The position numbers and the translations under genes are program-made. Positions 36,645 through 49,020 of a DNA stretch of 64,000 nt are shown piece after piece (within the stretch, counting starts at the first letter, position 1; the number at the start of each line of letters is the position of its first letter). Origin of the DNA: Mobula birostris (Eukaryota). The notes under the pieces were generated by a model. It was not told the DNA's origin, did no database searches, and worked only from the letters and a program-made list of their open reading frames with translations. The stretch spans positions 20,561,309 through 20,625,308 of the forward strand of contig NC_092379.1 of assembly GCF_030028105.1 (NCBI RefSeq). Direction: 5' to 3'.

Positions 36645-36947
36645 CTTTGGTACTATTGGTCCGTGCTGACACTCGGGAAGATGAAGGAGATTCCTGAGCA
36701 GAGCACTCATACTCCACCCCACTGAACCACTCCTCCACACTGATCTGGAGTTCGCTGAGCACTCTGTATTGGGCCCCGTCCCTCTCTGCTTGATGGGTGT
36801 GAATTCCTTTAGTTTTCTCCTTCCCGCCCACGTACCAAGAGATGTGGATATCTTCGGGATCTGTACTGATAACTGTGCACTTCACGGCAGCAGTCTTGTC
36901 GATCCACATCTCTTCAATGTCAGGATCTTGAATGAAGACAAACAATT
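36645..36947 (-). CDS. IgW: IgW CH3 exon
   Basis: 303 nt, open, CCACAG|AA ... AAAG|GTGGGC; PDIEEMW, VKC, SW, EEWFSGVEYEC. Confidence 0.94.
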
Positions 36948-37619
36948 CTGTGGATTAGAAATACAAAATTTTAGAATCTCCATGGAAACTTTTCTCTTGG
37001 TTGTTTTAAGACAGACAGATCATCAGTACATTAGGGTTATATTTACTGCAGAGTAGAAGAAACACACCAGGTTGATCAGTGTGGTACACACTGCTGCAGT
37101 TTTAACAGAGGAAATAAGATAAAAACAATGTGCCATTTGATTTAAATCCTGTTTCAATGACTGTGGCCGGTGCGGCTGAGCATTGTTTAGTTATGTGTAA
37201 AGTGACGGAAAGATGCATGCAGATTTCTCAGCAGAGACACAACTCAGAATATTCTTTGCTTGGAGACTCAGTGCCATTGATTAGTATTAATGAGCACTGT
37301 GAGTCAACGAGAATCTGTTTCTCTCATCTGGGCTGAGCCGGGGATTCTCTCAGTTTGAAAACTTCACATCCCGATATTCCAGTCTTACTGTGACTGTGTC
37401 TCTACCCATCACAGCAACCTTCGCAAACGTCAGGAAATGTTGCATTTGCCCAAGTCCAGTCACACGTACACCTCACTCCTTCTGTGGGTGGCTGTGTGTT
37501 TAGTTGTCTTGCCTGCAAACACAGAATCTCACTCAGTAACCCTCCGTGGTTGATTCCAGTCACTCCTATTTGAAATGAGCAGCTATGGTTGGAGAGTACC
37601 ATCGGTTGCTGGACTGATG

Positions 37620-37900
37620 ATGTGGAGACATGAGCTCAAATTTCAAACTGGCAGTGGGAATTTAAATTTAGTAAATAAATGCATTCTGAATTGAAAACAA
37701 GCATTACTGGTGGGGACTGTGGAAGGATTTGCACTGTCATAAATCCCATCCAGTTCACCGTTGTTCTTCAGGGAGAGAAATCCGTCGTCCATATCTGCTC
37801 TGGCTGACATGTGACTCCAGACCTGCAGCAGTGCAGATGAACCTTCATCACCATCAGAAATGGCTCCACATGTCCCTCAGTTCTTGAGCAATCAGCGATG
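37620..37900 (+). mobile_element. Decayed shark-type SINE (SacSINE1/DeuSINE-like); a similar antisense copy lies at about 47690-47960
   Basis: gggaatttaaatttagtaaataa ... cccatccagttcac ... cagggagagaaatcc ... catgtgactccagacc, recognised from memory of the family; not searched. Confidence 0.45.
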
Positions 37901-38489
37901 GACATGAAATGCTGCCCTTGCCACAGCCCTCAACACTTCTGACTGGGTTAGTGTCAGTTGTTTGTGATTGTGCTCCAGTGAAGTTGTTGAGATGTTTGAA
38001 TATTTCAAAGGAACAGCCTAAAAGGAAGTGATGATGAATCCCTGTGAAGAAAGGAAGTATTTGGAACAGTAACAAAATCCATGATGTCACAGAAATCTCC
38101 CACTTGCTACTGACTAGGTATTATTTCCAGACCGCGTCCGTTCACCCATTTCAAAACCGAATCACTGGACGGGGAATGGAATGGAATGAAATTTGTTTCA
38201 TGTTCCTACGCTGCCGCTTTTCTCCCAAAGCAGCGTCGTCAAATCAGTTACACAGATGACTACATGCTATCTGTGGCATTGAGAGGACTGGCTACATTGT
38301 TCTTGATTGATTTCACTCTCGTGGGTCTATGCAGAAACAGTGAATCTACTTGTGCTGGGTGCTCAGTACCTGTGGCCGCTGTTGGAGCTCACGTTTCACA
38401 CACACTGACTGTATGATGGAGTCATCTTGTTTGGTGATGTATACTAATATCTATTTCTCAACCTCCTTCCAGGTCCAACAGTGACCCCA

Positions 38490-38692
38490 TAAATACAAGA
38501 GATTCTGCAGATGCTGTAAATCCAGAGTAACACACACTATAGCCTGGAAAAACTCAGCCCGTCAGGCAGCACCTATGGAGAGGAATAAACAGTCGACGTT
38601 TTGAGCCGAGTCACGTTGAAGGGTCTTGACCTGAAATGTTGACTGTTTATTCCTCTCCATAGATGCTGCCTGACCTGTTGAGTTCCTCCAGT

Positions 38693-38700
<8 letters not shown>
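38490..38700. repeat. Near-complete palindromic (fold-back) element
   Basis: tcaggcagcacctatggagaggaataaacagtcgacg (from 38562) pairs with tgttgactgtttattcctctccatagatgctgcctga (to 38673). Confidence 0.85.

Positions 38701-38726
<26 letters not shown>
38695..38726. repeat. (TG)16 microsatellite
   Basis: Direct reading of the sequence. Confidence 0.97.
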
Positions 38727-38732
<6 letters not shown>

Positions 38733-39671
38733 ACAGAGACTCTGGTGTTTGATAATGTCAGATGTTTTCCATTCAGTAGCCCTCCTCTGTGTAACAAACA
38801 AAAAATGGTGAACACCTTCCTTCCTAAAATACCAGTGGGTTGTTCTCAATCTCAACATGGACCCTAATGTTGCATGATCAGGGACTTGTAAAGAGTGGTG
38901 GATAGACACTGCGGATAACCTGTGAACTTAGGTTTAATCCATGTCATGATGATGTCAAAGACCTATTTATTAAGATGTTCACCCGTAACCTGTATCAGAG
39001 AAATGGCCTTGATGTGCTGCTGTCCCAGACACATTTTGATAGTTGTTTCAAAGTTTGTTGAATCTTGGTGGCCAGAGGTAGTATTCCCTTCTTGTTTAAT
39101 AGTTAATTGGCAGCCCTGGGATTCGAAACATTCTCCTCAGGATCCCAAAATGCTAATATTATTCTTCTTGTATTTTATATATGAACAGTGGGACTTTCTT
39201 TGTGATTACTGAATTCTTCTTTTTGACGGATATACGTTTCTGGGAGATGGGACAAGGGAGCTATCCAGGATTTTCATCCACAACTGCTGAGACTGAACAG
39301 GACACGAAATGGATCCTGTGTCCTTTCTCTCCATTTTGCCCCAGGATTAATATTAATGGGTTCATCCAACATTTTACTGCATCAGTGAGATATTTAACTC
39401 CCATCCTCCTCCTCCTTCCCTTCCTGCCCCACTGAAAAAAAAAGTTTCAGTTCTTGCCATCTGGAGTCAGATTCCTGAACAGAACTAGTCAAGCAGTGGG
39501 ACTGGAGCCTGAGTCACAGTGAACCAGCAATGTCCATAAGAGAAATGGACGAGTTGGGGCAAGAGTCTGAATTGGTTGTTATCACCACCTACTATTACAC
39601 TTTGATCCCAATGGGTAACATGCATTTGAGGTAACTCCACTAGAGAGGTTGTAATAAAATGCAATCACATA

Positions 39672-39696
39672 TTTAATACACGCCAATCACTTTATT
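39672..39696 (-). terminator. Polyadenylation signals of the short secretory exon
   Basis: AATAAA at 39691-39696 overlapping the last codons, and ATTAAA at 39672-39677. Confidence 0.65.
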
Positions 39697-39802
39697 TCAC
39701 ACATTCCCTTGTTGCATTGATACTGGCGTTGAGTCCCATCACCGAATAACGCATTCATACTAGTCTGGTAGGTGAACATCGGCACATACTTCGGATCTTC
39801 AT
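39687..39802 (-). CDS. IgW: IgW short-form secretory tail exon (after CH2)
   Basis: Acceptor CTTCCATTTCCAG|AT in phase 1; DEDPKYVPMFTYQTSMNALFGDGTQRQYQCNKGMCEIK*. Position after CH2 and C-terminal cysteines fit the known two-domain secreted IgW form. Confidence 0.85.
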
Positions 39803-40327
39803 CTGGAAATGGAAGATTCACAGATTGAGCATTAGACTGGCAAAGTTCCATATTTTCCCAATACCTCTCCTGTGTTTTAGGAAACTATAGGGATGAGGAT
39901 ACACAAAGCACATTAAGCTGCTTCACCTTGCCCCACACTATACAACATGAGGAAGTAAACCAAATTTCAGGAGTTTGGGTAATTTCAAAAAAAGCCCGGG
40001 TCCGACATTCCAGTAAGTTCACAGTTTATTGAGCAGCCACTAGAAGCAAAAGCAGAGTTTGGAGACTTGGGAAAATAATGATTGGGATGTCTATTTTCCT
40101 CGATGCCTCATTCTCTTAACCAGTTGCACAGTGGAAACTAAAACTGTGAGAGTAAAAGGGGGATGTTTTTCACCCTGATGTTAGGTTAAAATTAGGGGCA
40201 AATTCAGAGTCAGAAAACCTACCACTGAACATCTTTTCTCTCCCACTGATGTTGACATTTTGGACATGAGCTCAGTACAAGGCTGAGTTGTAGATGGTAA
40301 ATAGGTTTCCCCACAGATACCACTCAC

Positions 40328-40633
40328 CATTTTCATATGTCATGTTGATGCTTTTCTGGGTATTGGAAGGTGTGTGGGTCACTTCACAAGTATACTCGTC
40401 TCCTCTGATCCACTGGTCCATCGGCACCCTCAGGTAATTGATGGTTTCAAAGGTTGTGCAGTTTCTCATTGTAGAGGGGAAAGTGGTACCTATTTGAATG
40501 GATCCAGCTTTTCTCCAGGAAACCTGTATCTGGCTGGGATAAAATCCAGTTATCAAACAGCCCAGGATAGCTTGTTTTTGAATGTGGACATCCTTCACGG
40601 TTGGAACAAGGGACCTGATCTCCGGAGGCTGAG
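40328..40633 (-). CDS. IgW: IgW CH2 exon
   Basis: 306 nt, open, TTTTACAG|CT ... AATG|GTGAGT; ILGCLITGFYP, VSW, DQW, YTCEVTHTPS; one extra Cys (RNCTT). Confidence 0.94.
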
Positions 40634-41530
40634 CTGTAAAACATTATTATACCTTCAATTAAGATCAGCTCCATCACCCCCAACATCAGGGGCAAAATCC
40701 CCAACAGTAACCCTCTCCACAATGCTGCTGGTTTACCCTGACCCATTGACATGGTGAGTCCACAGTGAGACGCTGTGATTGGGAGGGCTGTCAGTATAAC
40801 TGAGGTCTCCCAAACAGAGTGTGCCTCGATACAGTGATGAAGGAGAAGGGTGGGTAAATGAGGTTGAGGTTCATCGAGTTGTTTGGTGGAGTGGGCACAG
40901 GTAGCAGGAATCCAACACCTGTTACTGTGGAGAAGATGAGGTGGAACTACTTTCACTGGCAGGAGGTTTGGGAACAGACTTTGGTTCAAGAGGCCAGACA
41001 GATACCAGGACGTTTTCACAAATTCAGCCAGTGTTCAACTCCGGATGTGGGTGATGTAAATAGATTATTTGGGAATTTTCCTGAGGGAATTGGATATGTA
41101 TTCCAATGGGAAATATTTCCAAGGCCAAGTGGAAATATTAGGGGTAATGAGGCTAACTTCATATCCCACATAATTCTAGCATAGACATGATGGGCCAAAG
41201 GGCATTCAACTGCCCTGGTGATTCTATGAAACATGAAGTGAGACTGGACACTGATGAAGACTCAACAGTCTCTGCCTGCTGTGATTCAATCCACCCAATA
41301 TTCAGTCTTCTTGACATTAAAACTGCAGAACGAATCACTCAGAGTGGTTCATTTCAGGCTGAAAATGCAACAACTTCGCCGTCTTCCAATTTCATACCAA
41401 GACTCGTGACTTTCCATTTCATTAGCAACACCACTGGGAGAGCAAATATACACAAGAATTCATGACCCTCGCACTAGTCAGCAAAGGTTTCTGCCCAACT
41501 CCTGACATCAGTGAAGTTTTGAATACTAAC

Positions 41531-41845
41531 TTTTGATTTGACGTCTCTGCACTTCAGCTTGCTTTATTTTGTCTGGCTTGTACCCTGCCTTGCAGAAGTA
41601 GACTTTGTTGCTGTTCCAATCCGCTGCAGGAACTCGGAGCAAGCTGCTCATCATGTACTTCTTATTTTGCCCCAGGACTACTGGGCTCTGCTTGATTCCA
41701 GTTGTGATCTCTCCAGTGTCGGTGGACCATGTTGAAGTGATGCTGGTGGACTCAAAGTCCTTGACCAAGCAGAGGAGGCTGACATCTTCTAGAGTTTCTG
41801 TGCTGGTGGATGAGGTGATGTAGACTGATGGCAAGGATTTGACAT
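41531..41845 (-). CDS. IgW: IgW CH1 exon
   Basis: 315 nt, open, TTTTCAG|AT ... AAAA|GTTAGT; [27 protein letters not shown]. Confidence 0.93.
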
Positions 41846-43837
41846 CTGAAAAGTAAAGAAATTCATGCAGATTTTGCTGTAAATAAATGCATTGCAGACA
41901 GATAAAGCTGGAGAGATGTTGTTGTGTTTAAAACCAGCATATTTCAAAATCCATGTCGGACTGCACTTACTGATTTAAACTGGAGTGTTTGTGAGGTGAA
42001 AGGACGTGGGATAGAACTCACACCGCTGACCTGAGCTGACACTCCTGTGCAGCACCACACCAGTGATGCTTTGACACTTCAGTTAAACCCAAAGCCAATC
42101 ATTCTTCTCCATAACAACATTTGCTGTAGCTCAAAGGAGTTTTCATGAAACAAAGTATTGTGTACTGAGGTATTTGAAAAATCAAGCTGTTTTTGAGGTG
42201 CTGTTGAATGGAAGATTTAAATATTTGGGCTCTGTCTCCAGCACTAAATGTGAGATTGACTTGGGCTACCAATGTATTAAACTCTGCTTTGGAGATTTAA
42301 TTCACCTCACCAGAGCAGCACCTGATGTCACAGGTCATGATAAACACATGCAACCCCACAGATTCGACATGAATAACTGACCCACCTGTTGGTAATGATG
42401 ACATGGAGGAGAAACATAATGGGTGTGTGGAAAGACACTGGCCTGATGACTCCAGCAATAATGACAGTGATTTGGAAATCCTTAGCCAATGCTTGAAATG
42501 CTGTTCGATTTTGATGTATTTCCCTCAACGCACACTGGATGAGGTGTGTCCAGTGAGACAACATGAGGTTGTGGTAATTCCTCACGAATTATCATCAAAA
42601 CCCCACTTGAAACAACTCGGCCTTTATCTACTTCCCTGGAAATGACTAATTGTTGATTTAATGAAGTAATTCACTGACTCCAATTAAGTTATTTCAGATA
42701 TTCCTGAGTGCTTTATTTAACTAGTGAAATGTGTTAACATTTTCTAAAATGTTCTTAATGTTTGAATATTTTCCAATCTAGTTTGAAAGTTCAGTGCTCC
42801 AATGGCTTTGACAGGAGAATAAGTGATGGGATGTGTTTGACCAGTTGTCAGAATTATCTTCAGTGGAGTTGTGGACAGGGCTTGTTCTGACCCACCTGCT
42901 TTTCTCTGCTATTGACAGCTAAAGTTGCTGAACAAGAGTGGGTTGAGGGTCCCCAGGAGCGGGAAAGACAAACAAACACATGGATTTGGGGCTGCAGGAG
43001 GTCAGTCAGCCCCTCAAACCCCCTCTGCCATTTAATAAGGTAATGGCTGATCAGAAGGTAACATCGAAGGCAAACAGAGTAACCTCTTGCTTATCAAATA
43101 TCTTCTATCACTGACATGAAAGTATTCAGACACCTGCTTCCACTGCCGCTTGATAAAGACTCACAACATTCAGTGAGGAAAGTGTTCAACTTGTCTCTGT
43201 TTTAATCACACCATCTCTTATTTTGAAATAATGATCCCCAGTTCTTGATTCTCCCACAAGAGGAAACATCTTCTCCACATCTAGTCTGTCAAGAACCTTA
43301 TAATCTCAACTGTTTCAATGAAGAATTTCTCACACAGAGTGCCACAGAAATTCTGAGATCACAAAAAACGAATTTATGTTGGTGCAGTCAGGATTTTTTT
43401 TTGGCGGGGGGGGAGATTTATGTTCAGTCTTAAAATAGGAGGCTGATTCCTTTTAGCTAAATGGGTGTAAAGGGACACAAGAAAAGCAATTGGGTCATAA
43501 ATCAATCTCAGTGGTGGAACAGGTAGAAGAGGATCCATGCATCCTCCCATTGTCACGTGGCTCAGTGCCTTGCTAAACAATGTTGTGATGTCAGTGTAAA
43601 GGCTCCACCCTTTCTTTGTAAGAATGTGTATATTTCTTCTTTAAGACTATGTCCTACTCACAGCATTCCCAATATTTTGGCCGTGGTGAAGCAATGTTTA
43701 TTCTGCACTGTTGGAAAGTGAGTTTGTTTTGTCAACAATACATATCAAGGATTTACTGGTTCTAATTAACAGTCAGGATGTAAACCCACCTTCTCTGGAA
43801 CCAGTCTAGTGAATCTTTCCTGCACTCACCTTGTGGT

Positions 43838-44240
43838 TTGTTCGTTCGTTCATGATGTGCCGTGTCATATGACGTGGGTGACCATGGACTTTTCCATGAC
43901 CGTGATTGTTCAGGCAGATTTTTCTACAGAAGTGGTTTGCCATTGACTTCTGGGCAGTGTCTTTCCAAGATGGGTGACCCCAGTCATTATCAATACTCTT
44001 CAGAGATTGTCTGCCTGATATCAGTGGTCACATAACCAGGACTTCTGATATTTACCAACTGCTCATGCAACCATTCACCAGCTGCTCCCATGACTTCATG
44101 TGACCCTGATGGGGGTGGAGGTGGGTGGGGTGGGGGCTAAGCAGGTGCTACACCTTGCCCAAGGGTGACCTGCAGGCTAAAAGAGGGAAGGAACGCCATA
44201 CACCCCCTTTGGTAGAAACGTATTTCCACTCCGTCACCCC
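43838..44240 (-). mobile_element. RTE-related short repeat
   Basis: Contains the reverse complement of AGAAGTCAATGGCAAACCACTTCT, resembling the RTE 5' motif AAGGCAATGGCAAACCACT. Confidence 0.45.
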
Positions 44241-44379
44241 ACACCCTATGGTAAGGAGCTCAAAACTAAACAATACCCCAGTGGCCATTTCACAAACTGC
44301 TCTATGACCACAATAATACTTACTTCTCTTGTGGTCACACCCTCTTTAGTAACATGCCACTGGTGTTCCTATCAGTTGT

Positions 44380-45560
44380 TGCACCTATATCCTAGCCTTT
44401 ACTGCCTTCTACACAAGCACATCTCAGTTCCTTTGAACAGTAACATCACCAAGTGAGGAAAATACCCTCAATTTCCTCACTTACAGACCCCTGGTAGTTT
44501 GGATTGGCAACACCATTTCCTGCACAATCTCCATCAGCACAGGTGCACCACAAGGCTGTGAGCTTCGCCCCTGGTCTTTTGCACATTGGTTGTTTGTCCG
44601 TCCTGTTGGGAACAGTCTTTCATTTATTCCATTCTGTTTCTTGTATTTACTGTGAATGCCCACAAGAAAATGAATCTCAGGATTGTATATGGTGACATAT
44701 ATGTACTTTGATAGTAAATTTACATTGAACTTTGAACCCAGTCTCTTACCATTTAACAACTATAGTCCTTTTCGAAGCTGTGCACCTGAACGGACGACCT
44801 GGCATTTTTCCAGATTATATTCTTCATGTCAGATTCTCAGCTCCTCATTCATCTTGTCCATATTCCCTTTTACATCCTCCCAGGACCTATCCCAGCTCAT
44901 ATAACATCCTCAGCAGTCTTGCTAAAATGATATATTGTACGCTCATACAACTTGTTGATGCAGCTTTGATTAGCTGTGGCCTAAATACCCATCGCTGTGA
45001 TACCCCACTCGTCAAAGCCTGCCATCCAGAGAAGAATCCATTAGTCCAGCTCTCTGATTTCTGTCCAGTGATCAATTTCCAGTACATCTCAGTGCATACC
45101 CCCAAATCCATAGGGCCTAATCCAGCCAATATCCCATACAAGGCTTTATCAAAAGCCTTCTGGAAACACAAATACAGCACATCCACTCATTTCTCCTTGT
45201 CCACTCTACTTCTCATATCCATAAAGGACTCCTGCAGATCAATCACACATGACTTTGTCTTCATCAATATAAGCCAACTCTGCTCTATTCTATCATTCTT
45301 TTCAAGGTGTTTTAGTACATCCTTTATTATGGAATCCAGCACTGTTCTGTCACTGACATTTGGCAAACAGATTGGTAGTTCTTGACATTTTCTCTTGCTA
45401 ATTTCTGTGTAATAGTGATGTTACATTTATTGCCCTTCAATCCACTGGAAAAATTCCTGAACCTGCAGACCTTGGAAATAATAGCTGGAACATTCACAAT
45501 CTCTGAAGCCATTTCTTGCAGAACTCTAGGATGTCCTTATAGTGTAATAACCATCAAGTT
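44380..45560. mobile_element. Rex1-type and CR1 fragments
   Basis: GAPQGCEL remnant at about 44540; LINE tail to 44735; minus-strand LYLCFQKAFDK and WQALTSGVSQ. Confidence 0.6.
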
Positions 45561-48500
45561 CACCCCCACCTACAGTGCTAGTTTTAGACTAATCCATCAA
45601 ACGGGTTTGACTGCAGTGGACAAGGACACTGTGGTGTGACTGTGACGTGGCCAATGGATGAGACTGGACAAAATCAAAGTTTGAACAAAAACAGTGGGAA
45701 AGTCAAGATTCAGTCAAAGCCAAAACAAACTGATGTAAATCTTCAAACTCATAAAAGTTTGCTTAAGAGGAAGGAGACAAAGTTCTGAAACTTTGTTTTC
45801 CAATACTAGACATAAAACAGATAGAGGACAATGAGTATCAGTTAACACGATGGTCAAGAGTTATAAGAACTGAATTTTGATAGAGGTTGTACACTCCGTC
45901 AGCTTAGGTGATGCATGTTGACCAAAAGATGGGCAGAGCAGAGAAATGGTCCCTTTCTCATTCCTTTCAGACTGAGCCTGAAACAACCAGTGAAATGCTG
46001 ATGTCAGACTCCCCATCGTGGACACAACTTCTGTGAAACAGTGAGACAGGCTGACCTGTGCTGTGGGTGAAGTGTCACAGGAGAGAAAGCAAAGGGCACG
46101 GTGCCAACTGGACCATGTCCACACAGGTACTGGTTCTGGTGCTGGCTCTAACCTGCTGGGACTCTCCCCGCACTGCCACACAGGGAAAAGTGAGACTTTG
46201 CTGGGTTTCTGGATGCTGGGGGCTTGTGGTGAGGAGTATCAGAGCATCAGCATTAAATATCCTCAAGCATCACCCTGCTGGGACTTTTGGTCCAGAACAC
46301 CCAGATGCTTTGTAATTGGGACGGGGGGTGGGGATTGTCTAGTGTCAATGCTGTCATGTAAATTAACAGGTTCAATATGTCTGGGAAACATTAAAGTTGA
46401 TGTAAATTCCAGTGGCAATGGATAATTTAGTGTATTTTGTTTAAAATAATAAATCTGAAATGCATTAAAAATAATAATCAGCCAGAAATCATTCCTGACT
46501 AAGTATCTTCTCAAGGCTCAGAATCCCCAGTCAGATGAATGGGAAATGTGATCCTGTGTCAGGTCCAGCCTGTGAGAGAAATATGGAGCTGGATTTCCAC
46601 GTGTTACCTTGGGAATTCCAGCAGGACCTGATAAAACGTTTTAGAGTGTGATGACAGCTTTGGTGGCATCTGTCACTCAGTAAATCCTGGGAAACAGTGG
46701 TCTGTGGACCTGTGAGACTGACTCCAGTGTAAGTGGCTGAACACTGGTTGTCCCCTTCAGACTGCCAGCTACAAAGTGCACCATTCAAACCACAGTATCC
46801 TCAACTTCCCCGGTACAGAGCAGCTCAGGAATGGGCTGGACAGCTGTGGTATGAGGAACCTCACTGCTCTTTATCAATGTCTATCCTGACAACAGGGGAG
46901 TTGTTGGACTTAAGATCTGGGACCATCTGGATGGCCTACATCCAACTAGTGTCTGTCTATTCATCTACTGCACAGTCAGGATTCAGATGAGGAGTTCCCA
47001 GTGGTGGGGAGCTTTAGGAATTGTAGGCTTCCAACATCACCCAGACTAGATTGTCATGTCGTAGTTCAGTTTGTGGGAACAAGAGGTAGACAAATTGGAT
47101 GTTTCATCTCCCATATGAAATGACACACAGCAGAAGTACTTGCTGGGTTGGGAAAGGCTCTGAGGTGTTCTGGGGTTGGAGAAGTCAATGAAAAACAAAT
47201 TATCTTCATCCAAATAAATTCAGTAAAATAAAACTGGAAACAGCATAGTTGCCAGAAATCAGACTGACGGAGTCTGGTGAAAGGTCACTGATGTGAAACA
47301 TTCACTCTGTTTCTCACCCACAGATGTTCCCTGAGCTGCTCAGTGTCGGCAGTGCAGGAGGCACAATAATGTCAGTCGGTGAGATTTGCAGCTGAGGATC
47401 TTTTACATCCCGAGACCAGCAGGTGGTAAGTACAGTTCTGTCTGGATCAGTGTTCCTCTGGGTCTTCATAATAACATCCATCAAACTGACAGCAGGGTGC
47501 TGGGGTGAAGAAGGGAACTGGATCTGGGTGGGTCATAGGTTGCTGGGGTGAAGAGGGTGGATCAGTTCGGAAGAAATTTGCAGTGAAATGACACTTGAGT
47601 ATTTGTACAAAATGATTGATGTTGATTCAGTAGATTGGGGAAAACTCCGTCTGATTTTAGTCGGTATTGTAGTAAGTGGATGGAACATCGGGTAGTATAA
47701 ACAACTGGTGGACAATTTTATTTATTCAACTTTTGGGATCTGGGCCTTGCTGGTAAAGTCTGAATAAATTACACATCTGAGCTGCCATTCAGAGGGCATT
47801 TGGAGACAAACACATTGATGGGTCAGGAGTCATAAATAGGGTCGAAGGGTAAGGATGAGAGATCTCCTTCCCTGACGGACATCAGTAAAACTGAAGAATC
47901 AACGTTACTAATGACTAGATTTAAAAACAATACCAATTATTAAGATGTTGGAAATCTGACCACAGATCCAAATCTGTTGCAGATTATTATGAACTGAGTT
48001 AAAATTTGTCAGTTTTGTTGTGGTGGTATCCGTGGACTGTTCATCCATCCCTCTGCACTACTCATCTGCTTTGATGTACTGCCCTGTTTCCCATCACTCC
48101 GAATCCAGCCTTGTGCCTGTCCATTGGATCACTGTGTCCACGGTGTCCTGGACAATATTTCTCCTTCAATAACATCACCAGAGCAGACTGTCTGATCATT
48201 CTCACCTTGCAGTTTGTGGATTCTGCTGTGTGCAGAGTGGCTCCACATTCCTGACTCTACAACAGGGCTGTACTTTGAAACTACCTCATTGCCTGTGAAG
48301 AGCTCGGGGACACCATGAAAGGTGCTCAGTAAATGTCAGCACTTCATCTCACAACCACTTTTACTGAATCACCAGCAACACTGGTTAATGTAGGAAAGCA
48401 CTTGTTAAACAAACCCAGTCGGGGGATGGAGGAGGACAAGAAATTAGAGCAGTTGATCTGTCTGTGAACTGAGAATAAGCAGTTCATTTGAACAGTAAAG

Positions 48501-48614
48501 TTCAACTCGTGTCCCGTGAGTGTGTGATGGGACAGGTTGGGGGAAGCTTCTCTCTGTGTCTAACCTCTGCTGCCCCTGCCCAGGGAAGGATGGGACAGTG
48601 CAGAAAGAGCTTTG

Positions 48615-49020
48615 TATCTAATCCGTGGCTACCTGGAATAGGTTGAGTGAATTTGGCGTTTTCTCCTCAGAGCGTCGTAGGATGAGAGGTGACTTGATAG
48701 AGGTATATAAGATGATGAGAGGCATTGATCATGTGGATATCGAGAGGCTTTTTCCCAGGGCTGAAATGGTTAACATGAGAGGGCACAGTTTTAACGTGCT
48801 TGGAAGTAGGTACAGAGGAGATGTCAGGGTTAAGCTTTTTTCGCAGAGAGTGGTGGGTGCATGGAATGGACTGCTGGCAATGGTGGTGGAGGTAGATATG
48901 ATAGGGTCTTTTAAGAGACTCCTGGATAGGTACATGGAGCTTAGAAAAACAGAGGGTAACCCTAGGTATTTTCTAAATTACGTACATGTTTGATACATCA
49001 TTGTGTGCTGTAGGTTTTTC
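48615..49020 (+). mobile_element. CR1 3' end
   Basis: RRRMRGDLIEVYKMMRGIDHVD...RGHSF...LFSQRVVGAWN. Confidence 0.85.

Noticed and set aside
40860-41090. Decayed extra C domain between CH1 and CH2 (IYLHHP..., VKTSW..., ATCAH)
   Set aside because: The B-strand Cys segment is missing and the spacing is wrong for a C1-set domain.
47340-47700. TCLVSG-like remnant on the minus strand near 47410
   Set aside because: Single short motif needing an indel, with no supporting Trp or second Cys; flanked by decayed repeats.
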